Source: a virus (Duplodnaviria > Caudoviricetes). Taken from it: 26,951 bases of DNA. The notes beneath the pieces were generated by a model, which was not told the DNA's origin, made no database searches, and was given only the letters and a program-made list of their open reading frames with translations. The stretch covers positions 1-26,951 of the IMG/VR virus record IMGVR_UViG_3300025084_002795, one strand, 5' to 3'. This document shows positions 16,022 to 26,326 of the stretch, in pieces (the stretch's first letter is position 1; every line of letters starts with the position of its first letter). The translations under genes and the position numbers were made by a program.

Positions 16022-16546
16022 TTATTGGTTATCCAATGAATCATCAATTATAGGTCCTAATAATTGTAATTGACATTCACCTGTTTTAAGGTTATATTGA
16101 TTTATTGCTCTTAAGTGGTAATGATTACCTCTAAAGAAAATTATATCATTTAATTCTAATTCTACATAATCTGCGAATGGAATAATACCTGCACATTCTA
16201 TTAATCTTGTTTTAGGATTATACAACAAAGTAATATACTTACTCCAATACTCTGAATAAACAGAATTAGCTGGTGTTGTTCCTAATGATGCTGCTTCATT
16301 AAAAAATAATAAAGAATCAGAATCAGTTTGTGGTAACTCTTCTCCACTACCTGTTGAGTAATGGTCAAAGTAAGGATATACGTCAGTTGTTTCAATTGTT
16401 TTATTTGATACATCAGTTCTATTATTTAATTGAAACTCTGTTGTTTCTAATGTACCATTATAGAAAAACATACGAGGTAACACCTGAGCAGGTTGAAACG
16501 CCGCGTTTGCTATAAAGGTTGGTATGAACATTTTTTGTTTAGCCAT
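16022..16546 (-). CDS. Tail tip/hub protein, C-terminal part as a separate gene
   Basis: PRMFFYNG, YSEYWSKYI..LY, LELNDII and YNLKTGECQLQL, which I recall at the ends of tail-hub proteins in related phages. Confidence 0.65.
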   Translation of the reverse strand: MAKQKMFIPTFIANAAFQPAQVLPRMFFYNGTLETTEFQLNNRTDVSNKTIETTDVYPYFDHYSTGSGEELPQTDSDSLLFFNEAASLGTTPANSVYSEYWSKYITLLYNPKTRLIECAGIIPFADYVELELNDIIFFRGNHYHLRAINQYNLKTGECQLQLLGPIIDDSLDNQ

Positions 16547-16556
16547 AATTTATATT

Positions 16557-18596
16557 TTAATCGTATGTTTGTCCTCCTCCACCGGCACAAGTTCCATATA
16601 CTGAACCAAATACTCCTGAAGCAGGATTAAGGTTATATATAGTTGGTGCGTTATCTAGAAGTATGTAGTTATAAGCAAAAACAGCGGTTGAACCATTTAC
16701 ATCATAATAAATTGTATCTCCAAATACAGGTCTTACACCTGAACCATCGTGATACAATTGAAATTCTGATTGAACACAAAGTGTTGCAGTAGAGTTTGCT
16801 ATAACTGCATAGAATGGTGTTAATCTAATTACTGAGAACCCTTCTGTTCCACTTCCTACAACGTATCGTAAAGGTGATGAACCCAACTTTGTTGTTACTT
16901 CTAACTTACCATCAGAGAAGAAGTTTTGTGTATCTCTAAAATAAGATTTACCAAATTCTCTGTTGTTTTGTTTTTTAAAGTTTTGAGTTAAGAAATCTAT
17001 ATCTAATGTATCTCCAAACTCTACCTCTCTCATTCCTAAGTTGTTTGCTGGAGTTACTGATATGTTTTTATTTAAATCTACAAAAGTATCAAAGTTTTTA
17101 ACCTTACCTTGTTTATACCAATTATTAAATGTTTCTATAATAAAGTGTCTAGGTTTAGTTTTACTTGGATATATTTGTAAGTTAAATTTCTTTTGAACAG
17201 ATGCTAGAAAATCTAACAATGTAATACCACTAGTTCCAAACGGCATATTAGCCGGCATATCTATTGGCATTAAATCACCTAGTTCATTTAACGTTTTTAT
17301 TTTTAATCTACTTTCAGTATTGCCTTCAGGTCCTATGGTTACATTTAAAGAACCACCACCTAGTGTTACAAATCCAATCTTAAACTCATATGATGAACCA
17401 CTTTCAAAACTTGCATTAAATTCTTGTGTAAGTGTATATTCTTTTTCACCACTAGTATTTACAAAATCTCTTCTTATATAATCATTCATATAATCTAAAT
17501 CAATTTCTTGTGCAGGACCTCCTGCAGTTGATTGATTATATAAAGTAAATTCAGGATATGATGTTGTACTACCTGATACTAATATGTTTAACTTTAATTC
17601 TCCTAATCCATTAGATGATTGTACAACTGTATCTCCAAAGAAAGGTTCATATTCTCCATCTGTTGCTACTATTGAGAATGATGGGTCATCATATACGTTT
17701 GTAAATAAAAGTGAAGCTGTATTATTAGAAATAAGGTCTAATGGAGTACCTGAACCACTAACAGGTCCAACTTCTATTTGTCCATTAATTTCTAAATCTG
17801 TTCCACTAATAACAGGATATTTTAATCCTCTATCAGCTAAAACATATGTGTTATCAAATCTAGATTCTGATAAGAACGTTGATTCGTATGTGTATTGTGT
17901 TTGGTCAAAGATAGCATCTATTACTAAATCTAATCTAATTGCAGGTTTAAAATCTTGTGAATATAATCTTCCACCATCAGTATCAATACCAAATAAGTTA
18001 TTTGATAAAGAAGATTGGTATGCGTGTTGTTTACCACTATCGGTTAACATATAAACTATTTCACCACCTAAACTATGTCCATCAAATGATGATGTAAACT
18101 CAGAACCTGCATATGCAGAACCACTCCAAGAAGCTTTTATATTATCAGCTGATAACTCGTGATTATAATGGTCTAGAACCCCTAAATTATTTAACGTAAT
18201 GGATTGTAAATCTCTTTTGAATGATGATAATAGACCATAGACAGAAACCTCGTAAGAATCGATGAATTTGTTTTCTTTGATGTTAACTTTATTTAATTGG
18301 ATATACCCTTGTGATACATAAAATCCATCAAAATCAAATTGTGCAATTACTTTCTCATTTGTTTTAAATAAGAATGGTTCATCTACTGCTATATCATAGA
18401 CGTGTTGAAAGAAATCATTGTTCTTTCTTGTACCTGGTATAGTAATCTGTCTAGTAAAATCACTAGGTAGTTTACCTATATCAAATAGACCGGTTACATT
18501 ATTACTAAGATATATTGTTTCATCTTGAAATAAATCAAGTTCAACTCCTCTGGCAATAAGTTTAAATACTTTATTTCTTCCACTTGTAACTGCCAT
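16557..18596 (-). CDS. Tail tip/baseplate hub protein, N-terminal part plus an appended small domain
   Basis: LDLFQDETI, SDFTRQITIPGTRKNN.FF, KPAI and DFLASVQKKFNL motifs. Confidence 0.75.
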   Translation of the reverse strand: MAVTSGRNKVFKLIARGVELDLFQDETIYLSNNVTGLFDIGKLPSDFTRQITIPGTRKNNDFFQHVYDIAVDEPFLFKTNEKVIAQFDFDGFYVSQGYIQLNKVNIKENKFIDSYEVSVYGLLSSFKRDLQSITLNNLGVLDHYNHELSADNIKASWSGSAYAGSEFTSSFDGHSLGGEIVYMLTDSGKQHAYQSSLSNNLFGIDTDGGRLYSQDFKPAIRLDLVIDAIFDQTQYTYESTFLSESRFDNTYVLADRGLKYPVISGTDLEINGQIEVGPVSGSGTPLDLISNNTASLLFTNVYDDPSFSIVATDGEYEPFFGDTVVQSSNGLGELKLNILVSGSTTSYPEFTLYNQSTAGGPAQEIDLDYMNDYIRRDFVNTSGEKEYTLTQEFNASFESGSSYEFKIGFVTLGGGSLNVTIGPEGNTESRLKIKTLNELGDLMPIDMPANMPFGTSGITLLDFLASVQKKFNLQIYPSKTKPRHFIIETFNNWYKQGKVKNFDTFVDLNKNISVTPANNLGMREVEFGDTLDIDFLTQNFKKQNNREFGKSYFRDTQNFFSDGKLEVTTKLGSSPLRYVVGSGTEGFSVIRLTPFYAVIANSTATLCVQSEFQLYHDGSGVRPVFGDTIYYDVNGSTAVFAYNYILLDNAPTIYNLNPASGVFGSVYGTCAGGGGQTYD

Positions 18597-18598
18597 AA

Positions 18599-19846
18599 TT
18601 AGAAAATTAGTTTATATCCTTGCCCTTGTGTAAATGTAAATGAGTATTGTATTAATTTATCTACTACATTAGTCTTTAAATTAAATGATGTATTATCAAT
18701 TGCTAATGGTTTAAGTTTTTCAGTTCCATTTTGTTCACTACCTTCTTCATATACCCAATAGATTTCATCACTAACCATTAGTTGTTTAAATGCATCATTG
18801 TAATCCTCATTAACATAATCAGTATTAACTGATAGTTTAAGTGTAGAATCGGTTATATAATTTTGTATTGCTGAATCGTAATCGTTATAAGTTAACGTTC
18901 TATCTGCCCAAGTTCCTATTTGTGGTTGATACTTACTTCTTTGTGTATTGAATGTTTCTGTACTTACTAAATTAAAATTAAAGTAATCCCATTGTCCAAA
19001 TCTATTTTTCCATTTAATTCTTACATTAGGATATTTCTTTGTACATTCTAAATCAAAATGTAATGTATTACTAATTTTATTTGAACCATCATAGTTCTCA
19101 TCAGAACCACTAACTAAGAATACTTCAAAGTTACCAATATTGTTAGGGTCAGTATCTAAAGGCCAATCAGGCTCTAGAGGTGATATAGGGAATGTTTGTA
19201 CACAATCACCTGAATTCTGTGATGAAGATATTGCAACTGCAATTGAGTTATCTTCTCCTTCAAAAGAACTAGAATAAACAATACCTGTTGCAATATAATT
19301 TTGATTTACAGGTTGTCCTGTCCATATACTCATTCTACCATAGTTTTCTGCAAAATATGATTGTGATACTGGTCCATCTGTCATCATAGGCCAGAATGGA
19401 GTTGATTCATATATTGAATCACCACTACTACCTTGTACCCTATCTTGGAATAATTGATATCCATCAAAGGATTGTGCTGGTGTTTGACCTAAATGTGAAC
19501 CTGTAACGAATGATGAACTCGGTGATGTTTTATATTGTATATAAGAATCTACTGAGAAATTATAAATAGATGAACTATTAGCTGCTCTAGGTTCTGTAAA
19601 TAAAGATGTTACAATTCTTGATACATCAAATATACCTGAACCCGATGGGTTAGGAAACTTTTGTAAAGTATAACTTGCGTCATCAGGTGCTCCTGTTAAT
19701 CTATCACCTTGCCAATACTTCAGTTCCATTACAAATTGCATAGAAGAAGATGTATATGATTCCGAGTTTGATTCAGAAACTGCATATACCATTGGAGATT
19801 GTGAAAAACAAACTTGACCTGGGTCTTGTAGATATGATATTGACAT
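18599..19846 (-). CDS. Distal tail / baseplate protein
   Basis: IFDVSRIV, IKWKNRFGQWDYFNF, LSVNTDYV and KQLMVSDEIYW motifs, and its position before the hub gene. Confidence 0.7.
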   Translation of the reverse strand: MSISYLQDPGQVCFSQSPMVYAVSESNSESYTSSSMQFVMELKYWQGDRLTGAPDDASYTLQKFPNPSGSGIFDVSRIVTSLFTEPRAANSSSIYNFSVDSYIQYKTSPSSSFVTGSHLGQTPAQSFDGYQLFQDRVQGSSGDSIYESTPFWPMMTDGPVSQSYFAENYGRMSIWTGQPVNQNYIATGIVYSSSFEGEDNSIAVAISSSQNSGDCVQTFPISPLEPDWPLDTDPNNIGNFEVFLVSGSDENYDGSNKISNTLHFDLECTKKYPNVRIKWKNRFGQWDYFNFNLVSTETFNTQRSKYQPQIGTWADRTLTYNDYDSAIQNYITDSTLKLSVNTDYVNEDYNDAFKQLMVSDEIYWVYEEGSEQNGTEKLKPLAIDNTSFNLKTNVVDKLIQYSFTFTQGQGYKLIF

Positions 19847-19865
19847 ATTTAATGTTTTTTACTAA

Positions 19866-19873
19866 TATAACAA
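19866..19873 (-). promoter_or_regulatory. Putative late promoter motif TTGTTATA
   Basis: 19 nt upstream of the ATG at 19846. Confidence 0.6.
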
Positions 19874-19898
19874 AGGGGGTGTGTAATATATTGGAGGG

Positions 19899-20324
19899 TT
19901 ATGATACTGACAAAGTGTCACCTCCACTTTCCCATGTAGAATCTAACTCTTTAAAGATACCATCAAGTAATAATTTTGCTTCTTCACCAAGTAGTGCATC
20001 TTTAGCTTTTACAAATTCAGGTGATTGAGCTGCTATTTGTGCAAATGGTCTAGCTTTCATATATCTTGTTCCATCATGAACATACTTTGCATAATCAGGT
20101 ACTGAGAAGTTAAAGGTAAAACTAATCTTACCTTTCTTATCTTTTTGAAACATTGTTTGTATTCTGTTTCTACTAGCAACCTCTTTATACATCCTACCTG
20201 TCTTGTATGCTTTAGAAGAACCAGTCTTAGTGTATTTGTTATAAGGTACACCAGGATTAATAGCAGTTAGAGCTTTATCCTTATATACTTTCGCTACGTC
20301 TTTTAGTGCTTTCATTATGTACAA
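19899..20324 (-). CDS. HK97 gp10-like neck/tail completion protein (start probably ATG 20315)
   Basis: KTGRM...PDYAKYVHDGTRYMKARPF motif. Confidence 0.75.
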   Translation of the reverse strand: MYIMKALKDVAKVYKDKALTAINPGVPYNKYTKTGSSKAYKTGRMYKEVASRNRIQTMFQKDKKGKISFTFNFSVPDYAKYVHDGTRYMKARPFAQIAAQSPEFVKAKDALLGEEAKLLLDGIFKELDSTWESGGDTLSVS

Positions 20325-21943
20325 GAACCAGTTAAAAAAGTTAAACTTGAACCTATACCAGTGATACTTTTAAATGAACCCGAAGTTATACAATAGTCTT
20401 CAACTTGGTCAGCTGAAAATGAAACTACTGTTTGAGAACCTCCACATGGTGTATATGTTGCAGTACCACCACCAGAGCCAGCAGTAAATCTCCATTCTTC
20501 ACAAGTATATGGTGCTGCAGCTAAACAATAATAACCACATTGTACTGAAGTAAAAGTTTCTACATATGATGAACCAGCGGTTTGTGTTGTAAGTTGAACT
20601 GAACCACTTTGAGCACATATATTATGTGTACCAGTTCCTAAATTTCCTGTTCCTTGTGTTGTTCCTAAATAATCTATATAATCAAACGTTATAAATCCTG
20701 GATATGGACCAACACTTGGTGCAGTAATTACTAATTGAGTATTATACAATGGTTCTAAACTTGAACCTGATGCACAACTTGGTGGGTCTATTGGTTCAAC
20801 ATATCGACTACATGAACCTGTTGCAGTAAATGTTACATCACCACTACCAGATGGATATGGTGATAAAGGATATGAACAAATAGAAATATTATCTAATGGG
20901 TCTAAAGTTAATGTTTCAATGTCATTATTTCCACAAGGAATAAATGTAAAATTACCACCACTTGCACCACCATGTACGGCATACTCATTACAAGATGTTA
21001 ATTCTGGATTACAAACAGGAACCATTATAACCAGTATACCTGGTCTTCCTGCAAATTTACTTTGACCATACGAAGTACTAGCACCCCATCCACCAGCACC
21101 ATACATTCTACTTGTTGGTGGTTGTGTATCATTAGTTGCATTTTCCCAAGTTCCTTGTCTCATACTTGCACCACCACACGCGTATTCTGTAAGTGTTCCA
21201 TCAACATTAAAAAATAATCCATCCGCACCAGGAGTTTGATAACCAGCAGAACCAATACAATTTGTATCTTGTGATGATGAATCTGCTCCACCTCCACCTG
21301 TTGCTACACTTTCATCTGAACTTGCACAACCCAAACCATCTATATCTCCTCCACCAAAACCTTGACCTGGTCTACCACTTCCTGCCAATGCCGTAGCATA
21401 AATTGAAACTGTCCTTAAGGATGCACAACCACCACCTCCAGAACCACCCGAAGATGCTTCAACACCAGGGTCAATTGTATCATCTATTAAATAAGCACCA
21501 AATCCACCTCCTTCTGCAGTTATTCTAGAAGCTGATGTTATATATGAATCTGTATAATTAGTTGGAGAATATCCTAGTTCAATCCAAGTATCCTCTCCAC
21601 TACTTCCACTAGTATCTGAACCACTTCCTATATAGAGATTATATGTACCAGGTCCTATTCTTGCATCAAACATTGTAACACCACCTGCTCCACCACCACC
21701 GGCAACTTCATTTAATGCTTCTCCATTAAATTCAGTAAATCCACCAGCACCTCCACCAGCAACCATAAATACCTTTACATCATTGGATGAACCACTATTA
21801 ATAGTAAATGAACCTGAACCTAAACTTGTAAATTTGTAATATTCCCAAACTTGTGAGCCTGATAAGAATATACCTGTTTCATCGTGTCCGCTAGCGTCTA
21901 CACAAGTGTTTAATGCTCCAAATAATAACGAAGGGATATACAT
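20315..21943 (-). CDS. Glycine-rich, Cys-repeat fibre tip / adhesin
   Basis: VAGGGAGG...GGGGAGG glycine-rich domain and three C-terminal Cys-paired modules. N-terminus MYIPSLLFG. Confidence 0.7.
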   Translation of the reverse strand: MYIPSLLFGALNTCVDASGHDETGIFLSGSQVWEYYKFTSLGSGSFTINSGSSNDVKVFMVAGGGAGGFTEFNGEALNEVAGGGGAGGVTMFDARIGPGTYNLYIGSGSDTSGSSGEDTWIELGYSPTNYTDSYITSASRITAEGGGFGAYLIDDTIDPGVEASSGGSGGGGCASLRTVSIYATALAGSGRPGQGFGGGDIDGLGCASSDESVATGGGGADSSSQDTNCIGSAGYQTPGADGLFFNVDGTLTEYACGGASMRQGTWENATNDTQPPTSRMYGAGGWGASTSYGQSKFAGRPGILVIMVPVCNPELTSCNEYAVHGGASGGNFTFIPCGNNDIETLTLDPLDNISICSYPLSPYPSGSGDVTFTATGSCSRYVEPIDPPSCASGSSLEPLYNTQLVITAPSVGPYPGFITFDYIDYLGTTQGTGNLGTGTHNICAQSGSVQLTTQTAGSSYVETFTSVQCGYYCLAAAPYTCEEWRFTAGSGGGTATYTPCGGSQTVVSFSADQVEDYCITSGSFKSITGIGSSLTFLTGSCT

Positions 21944-21944
21944 A

Positions 21945-23606
21945 TTATATTAAATCGTTAGTTAATACACCTTTTAATTTATTTGTATCAAAGGATACGA
22001 ATGTTGCAATATCTACTGCTCCTGCTTCAGGAGTAATAGATGGTTGATTTAATCTTGGAAAACTATAATCATCTGTATCAAATACTAAATTTGAACTACC
22101 TGTTAGTGGTTGTTCTATTTGTAATGTAATTGTTAAACCAGGAACTATATTAGTTGCTTCTACATTTGTAGATGAACCACTAGGTAAACTTAATGTAAAG
22201 AAATTACCAGTACTACAATCTAAACTTGCAGTGTTTGATGTGATTGTTAAAGAGTTTACTATACCTTGAACTGAACCACTAAATACTTGGTCTCCATCAA
22301 ATGTATTAGAACCAGTAGTTGCATATGAACCAGTAAATGAACTTAAAGTATCTACCTCTACTTGTAAAGATGCAGTTGTTAATTCTATATCATCTAATCT
22401 ATCTTGTATTGAACCTGTTTCCTTTTCTATATTGGTTAATCTATCATCTTGTGCACCTTGTTCTACTTCTATTGAAGCGGTATAAGAATTAAAATCAGGT
22501 GTAGAAACAAAATCTATTGAAAGTGATGAACTAAAGTTTTCTTGATTATCTAATCTTAAATCAAACGATGCTGAATCTATATAATAAGATGAAGTGAATG
22601 TATTGTATCCACTATTGATGTTTAATTGAGATGATGTAAAATCATTTAACGATTCAGTATGTTGATTATAAAAACCATTTATAGTTTCTTGAGAACCAGT
22701 AAATGCTTCTAATGAATCTAATCTATTATCTTGTGAGCCTGTATCTGCTTCTAACTGGTCTATTCTATTATCAAATGATGCTGAATCTGTATTATAAACT
22801 GATACATCTAATTTATTTGTTTCTAATGATGCAGTTGTAGCTTCTATATTATCTAATCTATCATCAGTTGAAGATGTATAAGAATTATATCCACTATTAA
22901 TATCTAATTGAGATGAAGTAAAGTTATCTAGGTTATTTATTCTATTATCAAAAGATGCTGAATCTGTTTGATATTCTGATGAACTAAAGAATTCTAAATC
23001 ATCTAATCTACTATCTACCGATGCAGAGTAAGATGTTACGTTTCCTATACCATTAAGGGTAGAAGAACTTATCTCATTACTTACTGTAAGAGAACCTGTG
23101 AACGCTGAATTACCTTCTACACCCAAAGTACCACTTACGATAACTTGTCCTATTAGCGTTTGTGTATCACTCTCTTCATCACCTAATACATTCGAACCAC
23201 TTGAGAATATTACACTAGCAGATTCTTCTGTAATGTTTAACAACCTTGCATTAACTGTATCAAAGTTTCCTATATTAGCAGTTACATCTCCTTGTATAGT
23301 TACATCACCTAATACATCAATTGAACCTGTATGTACGAATGAACCACTTATATCTAAATCACCTGCGATATCTACATCACTTCTAAAGAATGCAGAACCA
23401 GTTACATCTAATGAACTACTTACACTTAATTCTTTATTTATTCTCCAATTATTTGAAGATGCATCAATAGCAGCACCAATGTTTTCTCCCATACCATCTT
23501 GTAGTTCTACATAACCACTTTGGGATGTAAGGTTTTGGGTACTATCTTCTAAGTTTATCAGTCCTAAGTAAGAACCGCTAATCATCATGTTACTTAAATT
23601 ACTCAT
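21945..23606 (-). CDS. Fibre/whisker protein: beta-helix-like segment, coiled-coil repeats, C-terminal adaptor domain
   Basis: Repeats DSASFDNRI and NSGYN..TSS. The C-terminus is paralogous to that of 1558..4083. Confidence 0.75.
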   Translation of the reverse strand: MSNLSNMMISGSYLGLINLEDSTQNLTSQSGYVELQDGMGENIGAAIDASSNNWRINKELSVSSSLDVTGSAFFRSDVDIAGDLDISGSFVHTGSIDVLGDVTIQGDVTANIGNFDTVNARLLNITEESASVIFSSGSNVLGDEESDTQTLIGQVIVSGTLGVEGNSAFTGSLTVSNEISSSTLNGIGNVTSYSASVDSRLDDLEFFSSSEYQTDSASFDNRINNLDNFTSSQLDINSGYNSYTSSTDDRLDNIEATTASLETNKLDVSVYNTDSASFDNRIDQLEADTGSQDNRLDSLEAFTGSQETINGFYNQHTESLNDFTSSQLNINSGYNTFTSSYYIDSASFDLRLDNQENFSSSLSIDFVSTPDFNSYTASIEVEQGAQDDRLTNIEKETGSIQDRLDDIELTTASLQVEVDTLSSFTGSYATTGSNTFDGDQVFSGSVQGIVNSLTITSNTASLDCSTGNFFTLSLPSGSSTNVEATNIVPGLTITLQIEQPLTGSSNLVFDTDDYSFPRLNQPSITPEAGAVDIATFVSFDTNKLKGVLTNDLI

Positions 23607-23609
23607 ATC

Positions 23610-24515
23610 TTATGTATATTGCCATTTTCTAAGTGCTTCATCAACTGCCCCATTGTTCCATCGTTCTGGTGTTGTATCCCAAACTTTTGGTGATGTCCAT
23701 AATTCACACGCCTCACAAGTTTCAAAGTCATCGTAAGGTATATCAAGGACAGGTAAGTTAAAAAAGTTATAGTCATCTCTATTATTTATTTCTTCTTTTA
23801 TTTCAAAACATCTTATGTTTTCATAACTTTGTAAATATGCTTCACCTCTTGTTGAAGGTATATAGTTTGTTGCAAATACTTGTCCTATTGAACCTGTCTC
23901 TGCTAAAACTGCATTAAACATATCTCCTGTTTCACAATCTTCTATTTTAAAGTACGAACCGCTAGGTGGACTCAAAAAAAAAAGGCAACGATTTCTATCG
24001 TTGTGAACAGTTAGGTCAAACTCTGCTGACCATCCAACTAATCCATTGTCGAATCTTTCGGCAAAAGGAACACAATTAATTGTGCCATTCACCTCCATTC
24101 CATAATTCCCTTTCTGTACATAGGATGTTAAATCATTTATTATACTCATTGTATTAGAATGAATATCTACCATATCGTTAGTCCCATAGAAAGGTACTTC
24201 TTGTTTATTATCTTTTCTATTTGGTATATCAGTATCATTTAATACTTTAGATTTGTCAGCAACGATTAACTGGATTCTATAATCAGTTGTATTGTTTGTA
24301 AAAGCTGCTGTCTGTATCATTACATTACCAATAGGATACTGAGGAAATTGTGTTGTATCAATTGCAAATAAATCTCCTTGTGTTACCTTTGCAATACTTG
24401 GATGATTCTTCATAATGTTTTTGAAGAAGTTCAAAGTATTATAATACAAAGAAAAGTTTACTCCACTATCCTTAGTAATCTGTTGAGGTGCTGTATTTTG
24501 TGATGATGTACTCAT
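23610..24515 (-). CDS. Tail terminator-like protein with a C-terminal Cys/Trp extension beyond a T10 run
   Basis: VTQGD, YP and PFAERFDNGLVGWSAEF motifs in the first ~175 aa. The extension ends WTSPKVWDTTPERWN...KWQYT. Confidence 0.65.
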   Translation of the reverse strand: MSTSSQNTAPQQITKDSGVNFSLYYNTLNFFKNIMKNHPSIAKVTQGDLFAIDTTQFPQYPIGNVMIQTAAFTNNTTDYRIQLIVADKSKVLNDTDIPNRKDNKQEVPFYGTNDMVDIHSNTMSIINDLTSYVQKGNYGMEVNGTINCVPFAERFDNGLVGWSAEFDLTVHNDRNRCLFFLSPPSGSYFKIEDCETGDMFNAVLAETGSIGQVFATNYIPSTRGEAYLQSYENIRCFEIKEEINNRDDYNFFNLPVLDIPYDDFETCEACELWTSPKVWDTTPERWNNGAVDEALRKWQYT

Positions 24516-24518
24516 ATC

Positions 24519-25031
24519 TTATAATTGTATTCCACCGAAGTATTGATTAGTTTGGTCAGGATATTGTTGTGTTGCATCTCCTGTACTTTCATTAAATTCG
24601 GGTACGTTAGTATTATTAGCAATTAACCAATCTTGTAATCTTGTTGAATAATAATCTGCATTATTCAATGCTTTATTTAACAAGTAATCTACTTCATTTT
24701 TACCTGGTGCTATTCCTGTTTCACTTTGTTGTTTAATTGCACCATTTGATTTAAATGTTACTGAACTAAATGGAATATATTCTACACACGAATACCAAAT
24801 TAAAGTTGGTTTTACATAATCTTCTACAAGAGTTTCATAATATCCTGTGAATGCAGTTTGTGCTTCTACATCATCTTGTAATTTATTGTATAATACAGTA
24901 CCAAGTAAGTTAAGTATATATTTTTCTTGTGCTGTTCTAATGAAAGGTAGAAGAGCATCGGCATCAATCGCACCACCTAATGGTGTGTTCTTGATAATAT
25001 CGTTTCGTGTTATTAATAATCCAAATGCCAT
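24519..25031 (-). CDS. Head-tail adaptor/connector protein
   Basis: ID...L.PFI..AQ..YI...LGT.LY.KL motif, directly after the portal. Confidence 0.7.
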   Translation of the reverse strand: MAFGLLITRNDIIKNTPLGGAIDADALLPFIRTAQEKYILNLLGTVLYNKLQDDVEAQTAFTGYYETLVEDYVKPTLIWYSCVEYIPFSSVTFKSNGAIKQQSETGIAPGKNEVDYLLNKALNNADYYSTRLQDWLIANNTNVPEFNESTGDATQQYPDQTNQYFGGIQL

Positions 25032-25045
25032 AATTTTATCTTTAT

Positions 25046-26326
25046 TTATATTGTTGAATCATAATGAGATTCAAAACCAAAATCTGTTGGTCTCATCGGC
25101 TCATACTCTTCACTCTTTTTGTTTCTTTCTAACTGTTGATTTTCTTCTCCTTCTCCACCTTGTAAGTTATCATCTATCTCTTCTTGAACTTCTTCTATTG
25201 TCTGGTCTGTATCATCAGCCGTATCTGAAAGGATTACAAGAGGTGTCAGTTGTTCAAAATATAAATCTGAACAATCTATACCACCAACTTTAAATGCGTT
25301 GTATATAGAGTTTATAACAAGGTTTTGGAATGGGAATATCGTCATCGTTTGCATAATTGAATATGCAGTTTTCATTTCTTCTGCTGCTGAAGAGAATCCA
25401 TTGTTTGCAGTTCTAATACCAAATAATAAAGGTGATACTATTCTATGAGCTACAAGAATTCTATCTTGTGCATATTCAGCAACATACTGATACTTCTCGT
25501 GTAAGTTCTCCATAGGGAACGTATCAATAGTAGGTTTGTTTACTGCATCATCATTAAACGATACCATAAATCTACCAGCGTTTCTTGTACCTGTAAACTT
25601 AGCTTCTAATAAACTTTCTATTGTTTGTCTTTCTTCAGGTGCAGGAACTCCATTATTGAAATTCACCATACCTACTGGCAAGAAACCATTTTCTATATTG
25701 TTAAGGTGTAAGTTAGATAGTTCTGCTTCACTAAATGAAAATTGTAATGCAGAAATCCAATCAGGTAATGAATAGTAATATCTGTTAGGTTCGTATTCTT
25801 TTACATAAAGTATTTCTACTTCTTCATTAGATGAACCAAAGACAGGTAAATACTTTTTCTCTTTCTGTCTCCTATGGTCACTCCAATCAGAACAATAGTA
25901 GTATCCTTCGATTCTACCCATATCATATATCTTCTTTGCTCTTAAATTTTGAACAGGCATATGATACATTCTTAATATCTGTGTATGTGATTTATTCCAA
26001 ATGATTTGCCATGCAGCATTACCATATAATTTTAAATCAAAAGTAATCTTTCTTAAATCTTCTGGTGGAATTATCTTATCTAATTCTTGTTGTTTACCTT
26101 CTTCTTTTGTAAAGATACCTTTACCATAAATTAAATCTGCTACACCTTCAACACAAGCTGCGTTAGTTGTAGATGTGTTGTATGCTTCAGTTATCATACC
26201 AAAATAATCGTCTTGATCCAGTATTCCGACTGGCACCCATTGATACCTTGTTTTTGTATCTTCTGTAACAATAGGAACATCCTGTCTTGTTAGATTTAAT
26301 ACTGAAAATTGTTCTTGTTTCTTCAT
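25046..26326 (-). CDS. Portal protein
   Basis: STTNAAC, DLKLYGNA, YYSLPDW, NNIENGF.P, FTGTRNAGRF and HRIVSPLLFGI motifs, acidic tail. Confidence 0.88.
   Translation of the reverse strand: MKKQEQFSVLNLTRQDVPIVTEDTKTRYQWVPVGILDQDDYFGMITEAYNTSTTNAACVEGVADLIYGKGIFTKEEGKQQELDKIIPPEDLRKITFDLKLYGNAAWQIIWNKSHTQILRMYHMPVQNLRAKKIYDMGRIEGYYYCSDWSDHRRQKEKKYLPVFGSSNEEVEILYVKEYEPNRYYYSLPDWISALQFSFSEAELSNLHLNNIENGFLPVGMVNFNNGVPAPEERQTIESLLEAKFTGTRNAGRFMVSFNDDAVNKPTIDTFPMENLHEKYQYVAEYAQDRILVAHRIVSPLLFGIRTANNGFSSAAEEMKTAYSIMQTMTIFPFQNLVINSIYNAFKVGGIDCSDLYFEQLTPLVILSDTADDTDQTIEEVQEEIDDNLQGGEGEENQQLERNKKSEEYEPMRPTDFGFESHYDSTI

Noticed and set aside
14405-20251. Same-strand alternate-frame ORFs 14405..14620 and 20057..20251
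   Set aside because: They are nested in the TMP and gp10-like genes with no slippery site or recognisable product.
22380-23030. Imperfect nucleotide repeats (GATGCTGAATCT, ATCTAATCTA) considered as CRISPR or DGR repeats
   Set aside because: They are in-frame coding repeats of the coiled-coil fibre. There is no spacer structure, no reverse transcriptase and no adenine-specific TR/VR pair.
33-25775. Numerous plus-strand ORFs in the track (e.g. 33..317, 974..1219, 1562..1921, 17584..18054, 23098..23514, 24847..25293)
   Set aside because: They are antisense shadows of well-supported minus-strand genes, with no motifs and mostly non-ATG starts.
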